A stretch of 64,000 bases of DNA from NCBI GenBank assembly GCA_004431415.1, contig QPMI01000579.1, positions 157,077 through 221,076 on the forward strand, in the 5' to 3' direction. Positions 48,401 through 60,931 of this stretch are shown in pieces. A program made the translations under genes and the position numbers. Positions within the stretch are counted from its first letter, which is position 1. Every line of letters starts with the position of its first letter. Under the pieces are notes generated by a model that was not told where the DNA came from, made no database searches, and saw nothing but the letters and a program-made list of their open reading frames with translations. Origin of the DNA: Cyanophora paradoxa CCMP329. Taxonomy: Eukaryota; Plantae; Glaucophyta.

Positions 48401-51400
48401 CCTGCCAGATAATTTCCGTGTCGCAGCTCCTCGACACAGAATTATTAATTCTGCCTCGACACGGACGCGATTGATGGACATTACACAGCTGCCCGAACCC
48501 CCACAGACCTCTCTAGATCCATTTTTAGCGTCCTGGCTCCCCTAAGACGACCGCTCCCCCGTGGGCGTCGCGCGGAATCGAATTTCCCTCTGGATCAATT
48601 CCGGTACTTGAGATCCGACAACTGCAGTCCGAGTCAGAAGGTGGGACCCGGTCCCGCCCGGTCCCGCGACGAAATCGCGCCAGGGACGCCCCAGAACGCT
48701 AAAGAGTGACGCGCGAGGGCGAGCACATCGCCGCAAGCTCGATTTCGAGCGCCCTCGACGCTGCAGTGCCAAGAGTCGGCCGAAAATTTGATCCGGCCGG
48801 TCCCGCCCGGTCCCGCGACGCGCGCAATCGATGCGTACTGGCGCGCATAGACATAGCACGACCTGCGCACTCCAGATATCCGCTTTCCGGAGCCGGAACA
48901 GCGCAAGAAGGTGCCCGATAGCGAAAATTCGATCCTGGACAGCCCCGGACATCTTTCCGCGCGCCCAGGCCGCGGCGCATGCGCGGAACAATAGCATATG
49001 CATTTCAGATGTAGAAGAAGCCTTCCACACGGTTTGCACATGCGCCCGGCCGCGAGGACCCAGCCGACCCCGAAAATTCGATCCTCTTCAGACCTGAACA
49101 ACTTTCCGCGCGCCCTCGCGTCCTCACGCAGGCCGCATCGCTGGTATATTCATTTGAGATTTTATCAAAGCCTTCCACAAACTTCGAAGACGCGAAAGAC
49201 CACGAGAACCCAACCGACGGCAAAAATTCGATCCTGCACGGACCCGGAGATCTTTCCGCGCGCCCACGCTGCGGCGCATGCGCGGAACAATAGCATAAGC
49301 ATCTGAGATGTAGATGAAGCGTTCCGCACGCTTTACAGATGTGCCAGGCCGCGAGGACCCAGCCGACCCCGAACATTCGATCCTCGCTACTATATTCATT
49401 TGGGATTTTATCTAAGCCTTCCACAAGCTTCGAAGACGCGAAAGAACACGAGAACCGTGAACCCAGCCGGCGGCAAAAATTCGATCCTGCGCGGCCCCAT
49501 CCCTACAATAGTAATTTGAAATCTTCGTTAAGCTTTTCGAGACCTCCGACGACGCGACAGGGCGCGACAATCCAGCTGGCCCCGAAAATTCGATCCTTCA
49601 CGGACACGCACGTCTTTCCGCGCGCCCTCGAGATCTGCACTGCCAGATAATTATTAATTAGATCTGCCCCAGATCGATCTTCGAGTATATAATTATAGTT
49701 ATATCCCGTCTCAGCAGCCCGGCGCCCTTCCTCAGATTTGCCAAGATCCTGAATACAAAAAAGATTTCGCGAACACATTGGCAAGATCTGTCAAGATCTT
49801 GAATTAAAAAAAGATCTCACCGATCTCGCGCCATTGACGATTCGATGACGGATTTAGTTGTGACTGACGAACTTCTGAGTCCAACTTATGACAGTCTTCA
49901 CGGCTAGCAGCAGCCCGGCGCCCTTCCTCAGATCTCGATCGAGACCTCCGAGGACGCGACAGGGCGCAAGAATCCAGGTGACCCCGAAAATTCGATCCTT
50001 CACGGACCTGCACATCTTTCCGCGCGCCCTCGCATCCTCGCGCATGCGCATCGCTACAATATTCAGTTGAGATCTTTTTAAAGCTTTTCGCAAGCTTTGA
50101 AGACATGAAAGAGCACGAGAACCCAGCCGACGGCAAAAATTCGATCCTGCACAGGCCCGGACATCTTTCCGCGCGCCCACGCCGGGGCGCATGCGCGGAA
50201 CAATAGCATAAGCATTTGAGATGTAGGTAAAGTCTTCCGCACGCTTTGCGTATGCGCCGGGCCGCGAGGACCCAGCCGACGCAAAAATTCGATCCTGAAC
50301 GGGCCTGCACAGCTTTCCGCGCGCCCTCGCCTCCGGATCCGCAGCCCTGCACATTGATACTATATGCATTCGAGATTCTGTTTAAGTGATGCGCAAGCTC
50401 TGTGCATGCGCCTGGCCGCGAGAACCTCGCCCCTCCCGGCCGCGGGCCTCCTTCCCAACAATATTATATAATTAATCTCCTCTCAATCTGCTCCACCCTT
50501 TATTTCCTCAGCACATTAATATTCCTCTAGCCGGCCAGGGCTAGCTGGACTGGCCGTCAGCTAGCCAGCTTCCAGCCAGAAAGCTGTTCGCTGGCCAGTC
50601 GATGAGTGCCCTATAGGCCTACTGTGACAGCCGCGAGGGCGTCCGCGAGGCTTCGCCGTACTTAGTGCTCCGCAGGAGCACGGATCTTGTCTCAAACCCA
50701 AAAACCGCCGACCGAAATTCCTTTTTTAACCTTTTTTTCCACTCGAGATCCCCCCTGCTAAATAATTTCCGTGTCACACTCCCTCGAAGCAGAATTATTA
50801 ATTCTGCCTCGACACGGACGCGATTGATGGACATTACACAGCTGCCCGAACCGCCACAGACCCCTCTAGATCCATTTTTAGCGTCCTAGCTCCCCTAAGA
50901 CGACCGCTCGCCCGTGGGCGTCGCACGACATCGAATTTCCCTCTGGATCAATTCCGGTACTTAACCGCCGACAAATGCAGTCCGAGTCAGAAGGTGGGAC
51001 CCGGTCCCGCCCGGTCCCGCGACGAAATCGCGCCAGGGACGCCCCAGAACGATACAGAATGACGCGCGAGGGCGAGCGCATCGCCGCAAACTCGGTTTCG
51101 GGCGCCCTCGACGCTCCAGTGCAAACAGTCGGCCGAAATTTTGATCCGGCCGGTTCCGGCCGGTCCCGCGACGCGCGCAATCGATGCGTACTAGCGCGCA
51201 TAGGCATAGCAGGGCCTGCGCACCCCCGAAATCCGGTTTTCGGAGGCCGAACAGTGCAGGAAGGTACCGGACATCAAAAATTCGATCCTGCACAGGCCCG
51301 GACATCTTTCCGCGCGCCCGCGCCGCGGCGCACGCGCGGAACGATAGCATAAGCATTTAAGATGTACAAGAAGACTTCCGCACGCTTTATAAATGCACCA

Positions 51401-54400
51401 GGCCGCGAGGACCTAGCCGACCCCGAAAATTCGATCCTCTACAGACCTGCAGACCTTTCCGCGGTCCCGCGACGAAACCGCGCCAGGGACGCCCCAGACC
51501 GATACAGAATGACGCGCGAGGGCGAGCGCATCGCCGCAAGCTCGATTTCGGGCGCCGTCGACGCTCCAGTGCGAAGAGTCGGCCGAAAATTTGATCCGGC
51601 CGGTCCCACCCGGTCCCGCGACGCGCGCAATCGATGCGCACTGGCGCGCATAGACATAGCAGGGCCTGCGCACCCACGAAATCCGCTTTTCGGATGCCGA
51701 ACAGCGCACGAAGGTACCCGACGGCAAAAATTTGATCCTGCACCGGCCTGGACATCTTTCCGCGCACTCATGCCGCGGCGCATGCGCGGAACAATACCAT
51801 AAGCATTTGAGATGTAGAAGAAGCCTTCCGCACGCTTTATAGCTGCGCCGGGCCGCGAGGACCCAGCCCACCCCGAAAATTCGATCCTCTACAGACCTGC
51901 AGACCTTTCCGCGCGCCCTCGCATCCTCGCGCGTGCGCATCGCTACAATAGTAATTTGACATCTTCGTTAAGCTTTTTGCGACCCCGACAACGCGACAGG
52001 GCGCGAGAATCCAGCCGACCCTGAAAATTCGATCCTGCATGGACCTGCACGTCTTTCCTCGCGCCCTCGCCTCCGCAACCCTGCACATTGGTACTATATG
52101 CATGCGAGATTCTTTTTAAGCGATTGGCAAGCTCTGCGCATGCGCCTGGCTGCAAGAACCTCGCCCCTCCGGATCCTCGGGCTCCCACCCCCCCCACGTG
52201 CACAAGCCAATACATAAAATCTCCTCTCAATATGCTCCACCAGTTAAAAGCAAGCCAGTACGTCCAACTCCTCCCCTAATTATAAATTCCCTCTAGCTCC
52301 TCGATCATTACATTCCTCTCTGGCCAGCCAGGTTCGTCCCCCAGCCCTCTGGCTATATATATAGCTAGCGAGCCAGCATGCATATATATGGCCCGGCCGC
52401 CAGCTTCGAATTCCAGCCAGCCATTTGGCCGGGCAGCGCGCTGGCCAGTGCGCTAGGCCTAGGCTGCCAAGGCCTACTGTGACAGCCGCGAGAGCGTCCG
52501 CGAGGCTTCGCCGTACTTAGTGCTCCGCAGGAGCACGGATCTTGTCTCAAACCCAAAAACCGACGATCTAAATTCCTTTTTTAACCTTTTTTTCCACTCA
52601 AGATCCCCCCTGCTAAATAATTCCCGTGTCGCACTCCCTCGAGGCAGAATTAATAATTCTGCCTCGACACGGACGCGATTGCTGCTAGTCACACACCCAC
52701 ACGAACCCCCACAGACCTCTCTAGATCCATTTTTAGCGTCGTGGCTGCCCAAAGACGACCGCTCCCCGTAGGCATCCCGCGAAAATCGAATTTCCCTCTG
52801 GATCAATTCCGGTACTTAACCTCCGACAAATGCAGTCCGAGTCCGAAGGTGGGACCCGGTCCCGCCCGGTCCCGCGACGAAATCGCGCCAGGGACGCCCC
52901 AGAACGATACAGAATGACGCGCGAGGGCGAGCGCATCGCCGCAAGCTCGATTTTGGGCGCCGTCGACGCTCCAGTGCGAAGAGTCGGCCGAAAATTTGAT
53001 CCGGCCGGTTCCGGCCGGTCCCGCGACGCGCGCAATCGATGCGTACTGGCGCGCATAGACATACCAGGGCCCGCGCACCCCCGAAATCCGCTTTTCGAAC
53101 CCGGAGCAGCGCAGGAAGGTACCGGACAGCAAAAATCCGATCCTGGACAGACCCGGACATCTTTCCGCGCGCCCACGCCGCGGCGCATGCGCGGAACGAT
53201 AGCATAACCATTTAAGATGTAGAGAAAGACTTCCGCACGGTGTCTAAATGCACCAGGTCACGAGCACCCAGCCGACCCCGAAAATTCGATCCTTGACAGA
53301 CCTGAACATCTTTCCGCGCGCCCTCGCATTCTCGCGCATGCGCATCGTCGCAATATTCATTTGAGATTTTATCAAAGTTTTCCACAAGCTTTGAAGACGC
53401 GAAAGAGCACGAGAACCCAGCCGACGGCAAAAATTCGATCCTGCACACGCCTGGACATCTTTCCGCGCGCCCACGCCACGGCGCATGCGCGGAACAATAG
53501 CATAAGCATTTGAGATGTAGATCAAGCGTTCCGCGCGCTTTGCAGATGCGCCGGGCCGCGGGGACCCAGCCGACCCCGAAAATTCGATCCTTGAGGGAAC
53601 TGAACCGCGTTCCGCGCGCCCTCGCGTCCTCATGCATGGGCATCGCTATAATATTCATTTGAGAGCTTTTCAAAGCGTAATGCAAGCCCCAAGGGCGCGA
53701 CAGGGCGCGAGAATTCAGCCGACCCCGAAAATTCGATCCTGCATGGACCTGCACGTCTTTCCGCGCGCCCTCGCCTCCGCAGCCCCGCACATCGATGCTA
53801 TATGCATTCGAGATTGTGTTTAAGCGATTCGCAAGCTCTGTGCATGCGCCTGGCCGCGAGAACCTCGCCCCTCCCGGGCCTCCCCCCCAACAATACATTA
53901 ATATTAAATAAATCTCCTATCAATCTGCTCCACCAGTTAAAAGCAAGAGTTACCGGTTCAACTCCTCCCCTAGTTCATTATATATTCGCTCTCCTCATTA
54001 CATTGCTCCCTGGCCAGCGAGCTCTCCCTCGAGCTGGCTATAGCGGGCCAGCCCATTGCCCCAGTGCCAAGCCGGCGAAACTTTTGAAGCCCGGCCATGC
54101 AACTGGGCGGGGCTGCAGCTGCCCGCCTACTGTGACAGCCGCGAGGGCGTCCGCGAGGCTTCGCCGTACTTAGTGCTCCGCAGGAGCACGGATCTTGTCT
54201 CAAACCCAAAAACCGCCGATATAAATTCCTTTTTTAACCTTTTTTTCCACTCGAGATCCCCCCTGCTAAATAATTTCCGTGTCGCACTCCCTCGAGGCAG
54301 AATTATTAATTCTGCCTCGACACGGACGCGATTGCCGCTAATGACTCAGCTACCCTAACCCCCACAGACCTCTCTAGATCCATTTTTAGCGTCCTGGCTT

Positions 54401-57400
54401 CCCTAAGACGACCGCTCCCCCGTGGGCGTCCCGCGAATATCGAATTTCCCTCTGGATCAATTCCGGTACTTAACCTCCGACAAACGCAGTCCGAGTCAGA
54501 AGGTGGGACCCGGTCCCGCCCGGTCCCGCGACGAAATCGCGCCAGGGACGCCCCAGAACGATACAGAATGACGCGCGAGGGCGAGCGCATCGCCGCAAGC
54601 TCGATTTCGCGCGCCGTCGACGCTCCAGTGCGAAGAGTCGGCCGAAAATTTGATCCGGCCGGTTCCGGCCGGTCCCGCGACGCGCGCAATCGATGCGTAC
54701 TAGCGCGCATAGACATAGCAGCGCCTGCGCACCCCCGAAATCCGCTTTTCGGAGCCGGAAGAGCGCAGGAAGGTACCCGACGCCAAAAATTCGATCCTGC
54801 ACGGCCCCGGACATCTTTCCGCGCGCCCACGCCGCGGCGCATGCGCGGAAGAATAGCATAAGCATTTAAGATCTAGAAGAAGCATTCCGCACGCTTTACA
54901 GATGCGCCGGGCCGCGAGGACCCAGCCGACCCCGAAAATTCGATCCTGGACGGACCTGCACGTCTTTCCGCGCGCCGTCGCATCCTCACGCATGAGAATC
55001 GCTACTATATTCATTTGGGATTTTATCAAAGCCTTCCACAAGCTTCGAAGACGCGAAAGAGCACGAGAACCCAGTCGACGGCAAAAATTCGATCCTGCAC
55101 GGACCCGGACATCTTTCCGCGCGCCCACGCCGCGGCGCATGCGCGGAACAATAGCATAAGCATCTGAGATGTAGATGAAGCGTTCCGCACGCTTTACAGA
55201 TGTGCCGGGCCGCGAGGACCCAGCCGACCCTCAAAATTCGATCCTTGACGGACCTGCACATCTTTCCGCGCGCCCTCGCATCCTCACGCACGAGAATCGC
55301 TAGTATATTCATTTGAGATGTTTTAAATGCTTTCCGCGAGCTCTGTGGGCGCGACAGGGCGCGAGAACCCAGCCGACGCAAAAATTCGATCCTCGCCACG
55401 CCTGCACGTCTTTGCGGGCGGCCTATATGCATTCGAGGGTCTGTTTAAGCGATTCCCAAGCTCTGTGCATGCGCCTGGCCGCGAGAACCTTGCCCCTCCG
55501 GGGATCCCGGCCTCCCTCCGAACAATATTATATAATTATATAATTAATCTCCTCTCAATCTGCTCCACCAGTTAAAAGCCAGTCCAACCACTCCCCTAAT
55601 AATATATTCGCTTTATTTCCTCAGTACATTAATATTTCTCTCTGGCCGGCCATGCAGCGCTAGCTGGACTGGCCCATGCACTGGGCCGGGCCCGGCCAGT
55701 ACTAGTTGGGCTGCAGCTGGCCAGCCAGACAGCTGTTCGCGATCGGCCGTGCCGCTGCCACCCGCTGGCCAGTGGCACCCAGTGCCCTATATATAGCTAG
55801 GCCTACTGTGACAGCCGCGAGGGCGTCCGCGAGGCTTCGCCGTACTTAGTGCTCCGCAGGAGCACAGATCTTGTCTCAAACCCAAAAACCGCCGATATAA
55901 ATTCCTTTTTTAACCTTTTTTTCCACTCGAGATCTCCCCTGCTAAATAATTTCCGCGTCGCGCTCCCTCGAGCCAGAATTATTAATTCTGCCTCGACACG
56001 GACGCGATTGCCGCTAATGACTCAGCTACCCTAACCCCCACAGATCTCTCTAGATCCATTTTTAGCGTCCTGGCTCCCCTAAGACGACCGCTCTCCCGTG
56101 GCCGTCGCGCGAAAATCGAATTTCCCTCTGGATCAATTCCGATACTTAACCTCCGACAAATGCAGTCCGGGTCAGAAGGTGGGACCCGGTCCCGCCCGGT
56201 CCCGCGACGAAATGGCGCCAGGCACGCCCCAGAACGATACAGAATGACGCGCGAGGGCGAGCGCATCGCCACAGGCTCGATTTCGGGCGCCGTCGACGCT
56301 CCAGTGCGAAGAGTCGGCCGAAAATTTGATCAAGCCGGTTCCGCCCGGTCCCGCGAAGCGCGCAATCGATGTGTACGGGCGCGCATAGACATAGCAGCGC
56401 CTGCGCACCCCCGAAATCCGCTTTTCGGAGCCGGAAGAGCGCAGGAAGGTACCCGACGGCAAAAATTCGATCCTAGACAGGCCCGGAGATCTTTCCGCGC
56501 GCCCACGCCGCGGCGCATGCGCGGAACGATAGCATAAGCATTTGAGATGTAGAAGAAGACTTCCGCACGGTCTCTAAATGCACCAGGCCGCGAGGACCCA
56601 GCCGACCCCGAAAATTCGATCCTGGACGGACCTGAACATCTTTCCGCGCACCCTCGCATTCTTGCGCATGCATCGCTACAATATTCATTTGAGATTTTAT
56701 CAAAGCCTTCCACAAGCTTCGAAGACGCGAAAGAGCACGAGAACCCAGCGGACGGCAAAAAGTCGATCCTGCACGGACCCGGACATCTTTCCGCGCGCCC
56801 ACGCCGCGGCGCATGCGCGGAACAATAGCATAAGCATTTGAGATGTAGACAAAGCATTCCGCACGGTTTACGGATGCGCCGGGCCGCGAGGACCCAGCCG
56901 ACCCCGAAAATTCGATCCTTCACGGACCTGCACGTCTTTCCGCGCGCCCTCGCATCCTCACGCAAGCACATCGCTACTATATTCATTTGGGATTTTATCA
57001 AAGCCTTCCACAAGCTTCGAAGACGCGAAAGAGCACGAGAACCCAGCCGGCGGCAAAAATTCGATCCTGCACGGGCCCGGACATCTTTCCGCGCGCCCAC
57101 GCCGCGGTGCATGCGCGGAACAATAGCATAAGCATTTGAGATGTAGAAGAAGCCTTCCGCACGCTTTACGGATGCGCCGGGCCGCGGGGACCCAGCCGAC
57201 CCCGAAAATTCGATCCTGGACAGACCTGCACATCTTTCCGCGCGCCCTCGCATCCTCACGCACGGGCATCGCTACAATATTCATCAGAGATGTTTTAAAA
57301 GCCTTTCGCAAGCTCTGCGGACGCAACAGGGCGCGGCAATAACCTCCGACAAATGCAGTCCGGGTCAGAAGGTGGGACCCGGTCCCGCCCGGTCCCGCGA

Positions 57401-60400
57401 CGAAATCGCGCCAGGGACGCCCCAGAACGATACAGAATGACGGGCGAGGGCGAGCGCATCGCCGCAAGCTCGATTTCGGGCGCCCTCGACGCTGCAGTCC
57501 GAACAGTAGGCCGAAATTTGATCCTCCCGGTTCCGGCCGGTCCCGCGACGCGCGCAATCGATGCGTACTGGCGCGTATAGACATAGCAGGGCCTGCGCAC
57601 CCCCGAAATCCGCTTTTCGGAGCCGGAACAGCGCAGGAAGGTACCCGACGGCAAAAATTCGATCCCACACGGGCCCGGACATCTTTCCGCGCGCCCACGC
57701 CGCGGCGCACGCGCGGAACGATAGCATAAGCATTTGAGATGTAGAAGAAGACTTCCGCACGGTCTCTAAATGCACCAGGCCGCGAGGACCCAGCCGACCC
57801 CGAAAATTCGATCCTGGACGGACCTGAACATCTTTCCGCGCACCCTCGCATTCTTGCGCATGCATCGCTACAATATTCATTTGAGATTTTATCAAAGCCT
57901 TCCACAAGCTTCGAAGACGCGAAAGAGCACGAGAACCCAGCGGACGGCAAAAAGTCGATCCTGCACGGACCCGGACATCTTTCCGCGCGCCCACGCCGCG
58001 GCGCATGCGCGGAACAATAGCATAAGCATTTGAGATGTAGACAAAGCATTCCGCACGGTTTACGGATGCGCCGGGCCGCGGGGACCCAGCCGACCCCGAA
58101 AATTCGATCCTGGACAGACCTGCACATCTTTCCGCGCGCCCTCGCATCCTCACGCACGGGCATCGCTACAATATTCATCAGAGATGTTTTAAAAGCCTTT
58201 CGCAAGCTCTGCGGACGCAACAGGGCGCGGCAATCCAGCCGACGCAAAAATTCGATCCTGGCCACGCCTGCACATCTTTCCGCGCGCCCTCGCCTCCGCA
58301 GCCCTACACATCGATGCTATATGCATTCGAATTCGAGATTCTGTTTAAGCGATTCGCGAGATCTGTGCATGCGCCTGGCCGCGAGAACCTCGCCCCTCCC
58401 GGGCCTCCTTCCCAACAATATTATATAATTAATCTCCTCTCAATCTGCTCCACCCTTTATTTCCTCAGTACATTAATATTCCTCTAGCCGGCCAGCGCTA
58501 GCTGGACTGGCCGTCAGGCGAAGCCTCTTTCTCAAACCCAAAAACCGACGATCTAAATTCCTTTTTTAACCTTTTTTTCCACTCGAGATCCCCCCTGCTA
58601 AATAATTCCCGTGTCGCACTCCCTCGAGCCAGAATTATTAATTCTGCCTCGACACGGACGCGATTGCTGCTAGTCACACACCCACACGAACCCCCACAGA
58701 CCTCTCTAGATCCATTTTTAGCGTCGTGGCTGCCCAAAGACGACCGCTCCCCCGTAGGCATCCCGCGAAAATCGAATTTCCCTCTGGATCAATTCCGGTA
58801 CTTAACCTCCGACAAATGCAGTCCGAGTCCGAAGGTGGGACCCGGTCCCGCCCGGTCCCGCGACGAAATCGCGCCAGGGACGCCCCAGAACGATACAGAA
58901 TGACGCGCGAGGGCGAGCGCATCGCCGCAAGCTCGATTTTGGGCGCCGTCGACGCTCCAGTGCGAAGAGTCGGCCGAAAATTTGATCCGGCCGGTTCCGG
59001 CCGGTCCCGCGACGCGCGCAATCGATGCGTACTGGCGCGCATAGACATACCAGGGCCCGCGCACCCCCGAAATCCGCTTTTCGAACCCGGAGCAGCGCAG
59101 GAAGGTACCGGACAGCAAAAATCCGATCCTAGACAGGCCCGGAGATCTTTCCGCGCGCCCGCGCCGCGGCGCATGCGCGGAACGATAGCATAAGCATTTG
59201 AGATGTAGAAGAAGCCTTCCGCACGGTCTCTAAATGCGCCGGGCCGCGAGGACCCAGCCGACCCCGGAAATTCGATCCTGGACGGACCTGCACAACTTTC
59301 CGCGCGCCCTCGCATCCTCACGCGAGCGCATCGCTACAATTTTCAGTTGACTCCTTTTTAAAGCTTTTCGCAAGCTCTGCAGGCGCGACAGGGCACGAGA
59401 ACCCAGCCGACGCAAAAATTCGATCCTGGACATACCCGACGGCAAGAATTCGATCCTAGACAGGCCCGGAGATCTTTCCGCGCGCGCACGCCGCGGCGCA
59501 TGCGCGGAACGATAGCATATGCATTTTAGATGTAGAAGAAGACTTCCGCACGGTCTCTAAATGCACCAGGCCGCGAGGACCCAGCCGACCCCGAAAATTC
59601 GATCCTGTACGGACCTGAACATCTTTCCGCACGCCCTCGCATTCTCGCGCATGCGCATCGCTACAATATTCATTTGAGATTTTATCAAAGCCTTCCACAA
59701 GCTTCGAAGACGCGAAAGAGCACGAGAACCCAGCCGACGGCAAAAAGTCGATCCTGCACGGACCCGGACATCTTTCCGCGCGCCCACGCCGCGGCGCATG
59801 CGCGGAACAATAGCATAAGCATTTGAGATGTAGGCAAAGACTTCCGCACGCTTTGCGTATGCGCCGAGCCGCGAGGACCCAGCCGACCCCGAAAATTCGA
59901 TCCTGTACGTATACGGACCTGCACAGCTTTCCGCGCGCCCTCGCATCCTCGCGCGTGCGCATCGCTACAATAGTAATTTGAGATCTTTGTTAAGCTTTTC
60001 GCGAGCTCCGAGGACGCGACAGGGCGCGAGAATCCAGCCGACCCCGAAAATTCGATCCTGCATGGACCTGCACGTCTTTCCGCGCGCCCTCGCCTCCGCA
60101 GCCCCGCACATCGATGCTATATACATTCGATCGCGAGATTCTGTTTAAGCGATTCGCAAGCTCTGTGCATGCGCCTGGCCGCGAGAACCTCGCCCCTCCC
60201 GGGCCTCCTTCCCAACAATATTATAATTAATCTCTTCTCAATCTGCTCCACCCTTTAGTTCCTCAGTAAATTAATATTCCTCTAGCCGGCCAGCGCTAGC
60301 TGGACTGGCCGTCAGCCAGCCAGCTTCCAGCCAGCTGCAGAAAGCTGTTCGCGATCGGCCAGGCCGCTGGCCAGTCGCTGAGTGCCCTATATATATAGGC

Positions 60401-60931
60401 CTACTGTAACAGCGGCGAGGGCGTCCGCGAGGCTTCGCCGTACTTAGTGCTCCGCAGGAGCACGGATCTTGTCAGCCAGCCAGCTTCCAGCCAGAAAGCT
60501 GTTCGCGATCGGCCAGGCCGCTGGCCAGCCTGGCAGTCGGTGAGTGCCCTGTAGGCCTACTGTGACAGCCGCGAGGGCGTCCGCGAGGCTTCGCCGTACT
60601 TAGTGCTCCGCAGGAGCACGGATCTTGTTATGAAATTGTTTTAAAGCTAGTTAAAATAATTGATAAAGTCGATATGACCGTCGGACGCGATCGCGACGTC
60701 CGGCGCGCGGCCGACGGTCGCGGGGCCGTCGATCGCCGCGGATCCGGACCACGGTCGACTTCGCAGGGCTTTTGTATATATGGCGGAGATGGGACTACCC
60801 CTACGAATTAGATCGCCCAAAAACATTTAGACACTATAAATCTTTTTTTTTTGGTGAATTACCGGCCACAGCCTCTAGTCTACTCCAGCTTAATATGCAG
60901 CCCACTGAATATTTCTATCATATATAGTATA

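Larger units (their letters stand above)
38134..60629 (+). mobile_element. Head-to-tail array of ~12 non-autonomous Helentron/Helitron2-type (HINE/DINE-like) elements with internal ~149-bp tandem repeats
   Basis: Starts in a T-run (38129-38133) and ends ...gatcttgtT (60629) with no TSD. Each complete unit runs 5' (caggcgaagcctcttt)n-ctcaaacccaaaaacc to 3' gaggcttcgcc (inverted subterminal repeat), hairpin gtgctcc-gca-ggagcac, then gatcttgt. Unit ends at 40609, 42489, 44833 (truncated), 46230, ~47013 (truncated), 48337, 50690, 52545, 54198, 55874, 58514 (truncated) and 60472, followed by a mini-unit 60473-60628. No Rep/helicase ORF. Confidence 0.8.

Noticed and set aside
38262-60629. Numerous 60-435-aa ORFs in the array, or a CRISPR-like repeat-spacer reading of aaaattcgatcct
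   Set aside because: ORFs are overlapping translations of a GC-rich satellite and frameshift between copies; the intervening sequences are homologous monomers, not unique spacers.
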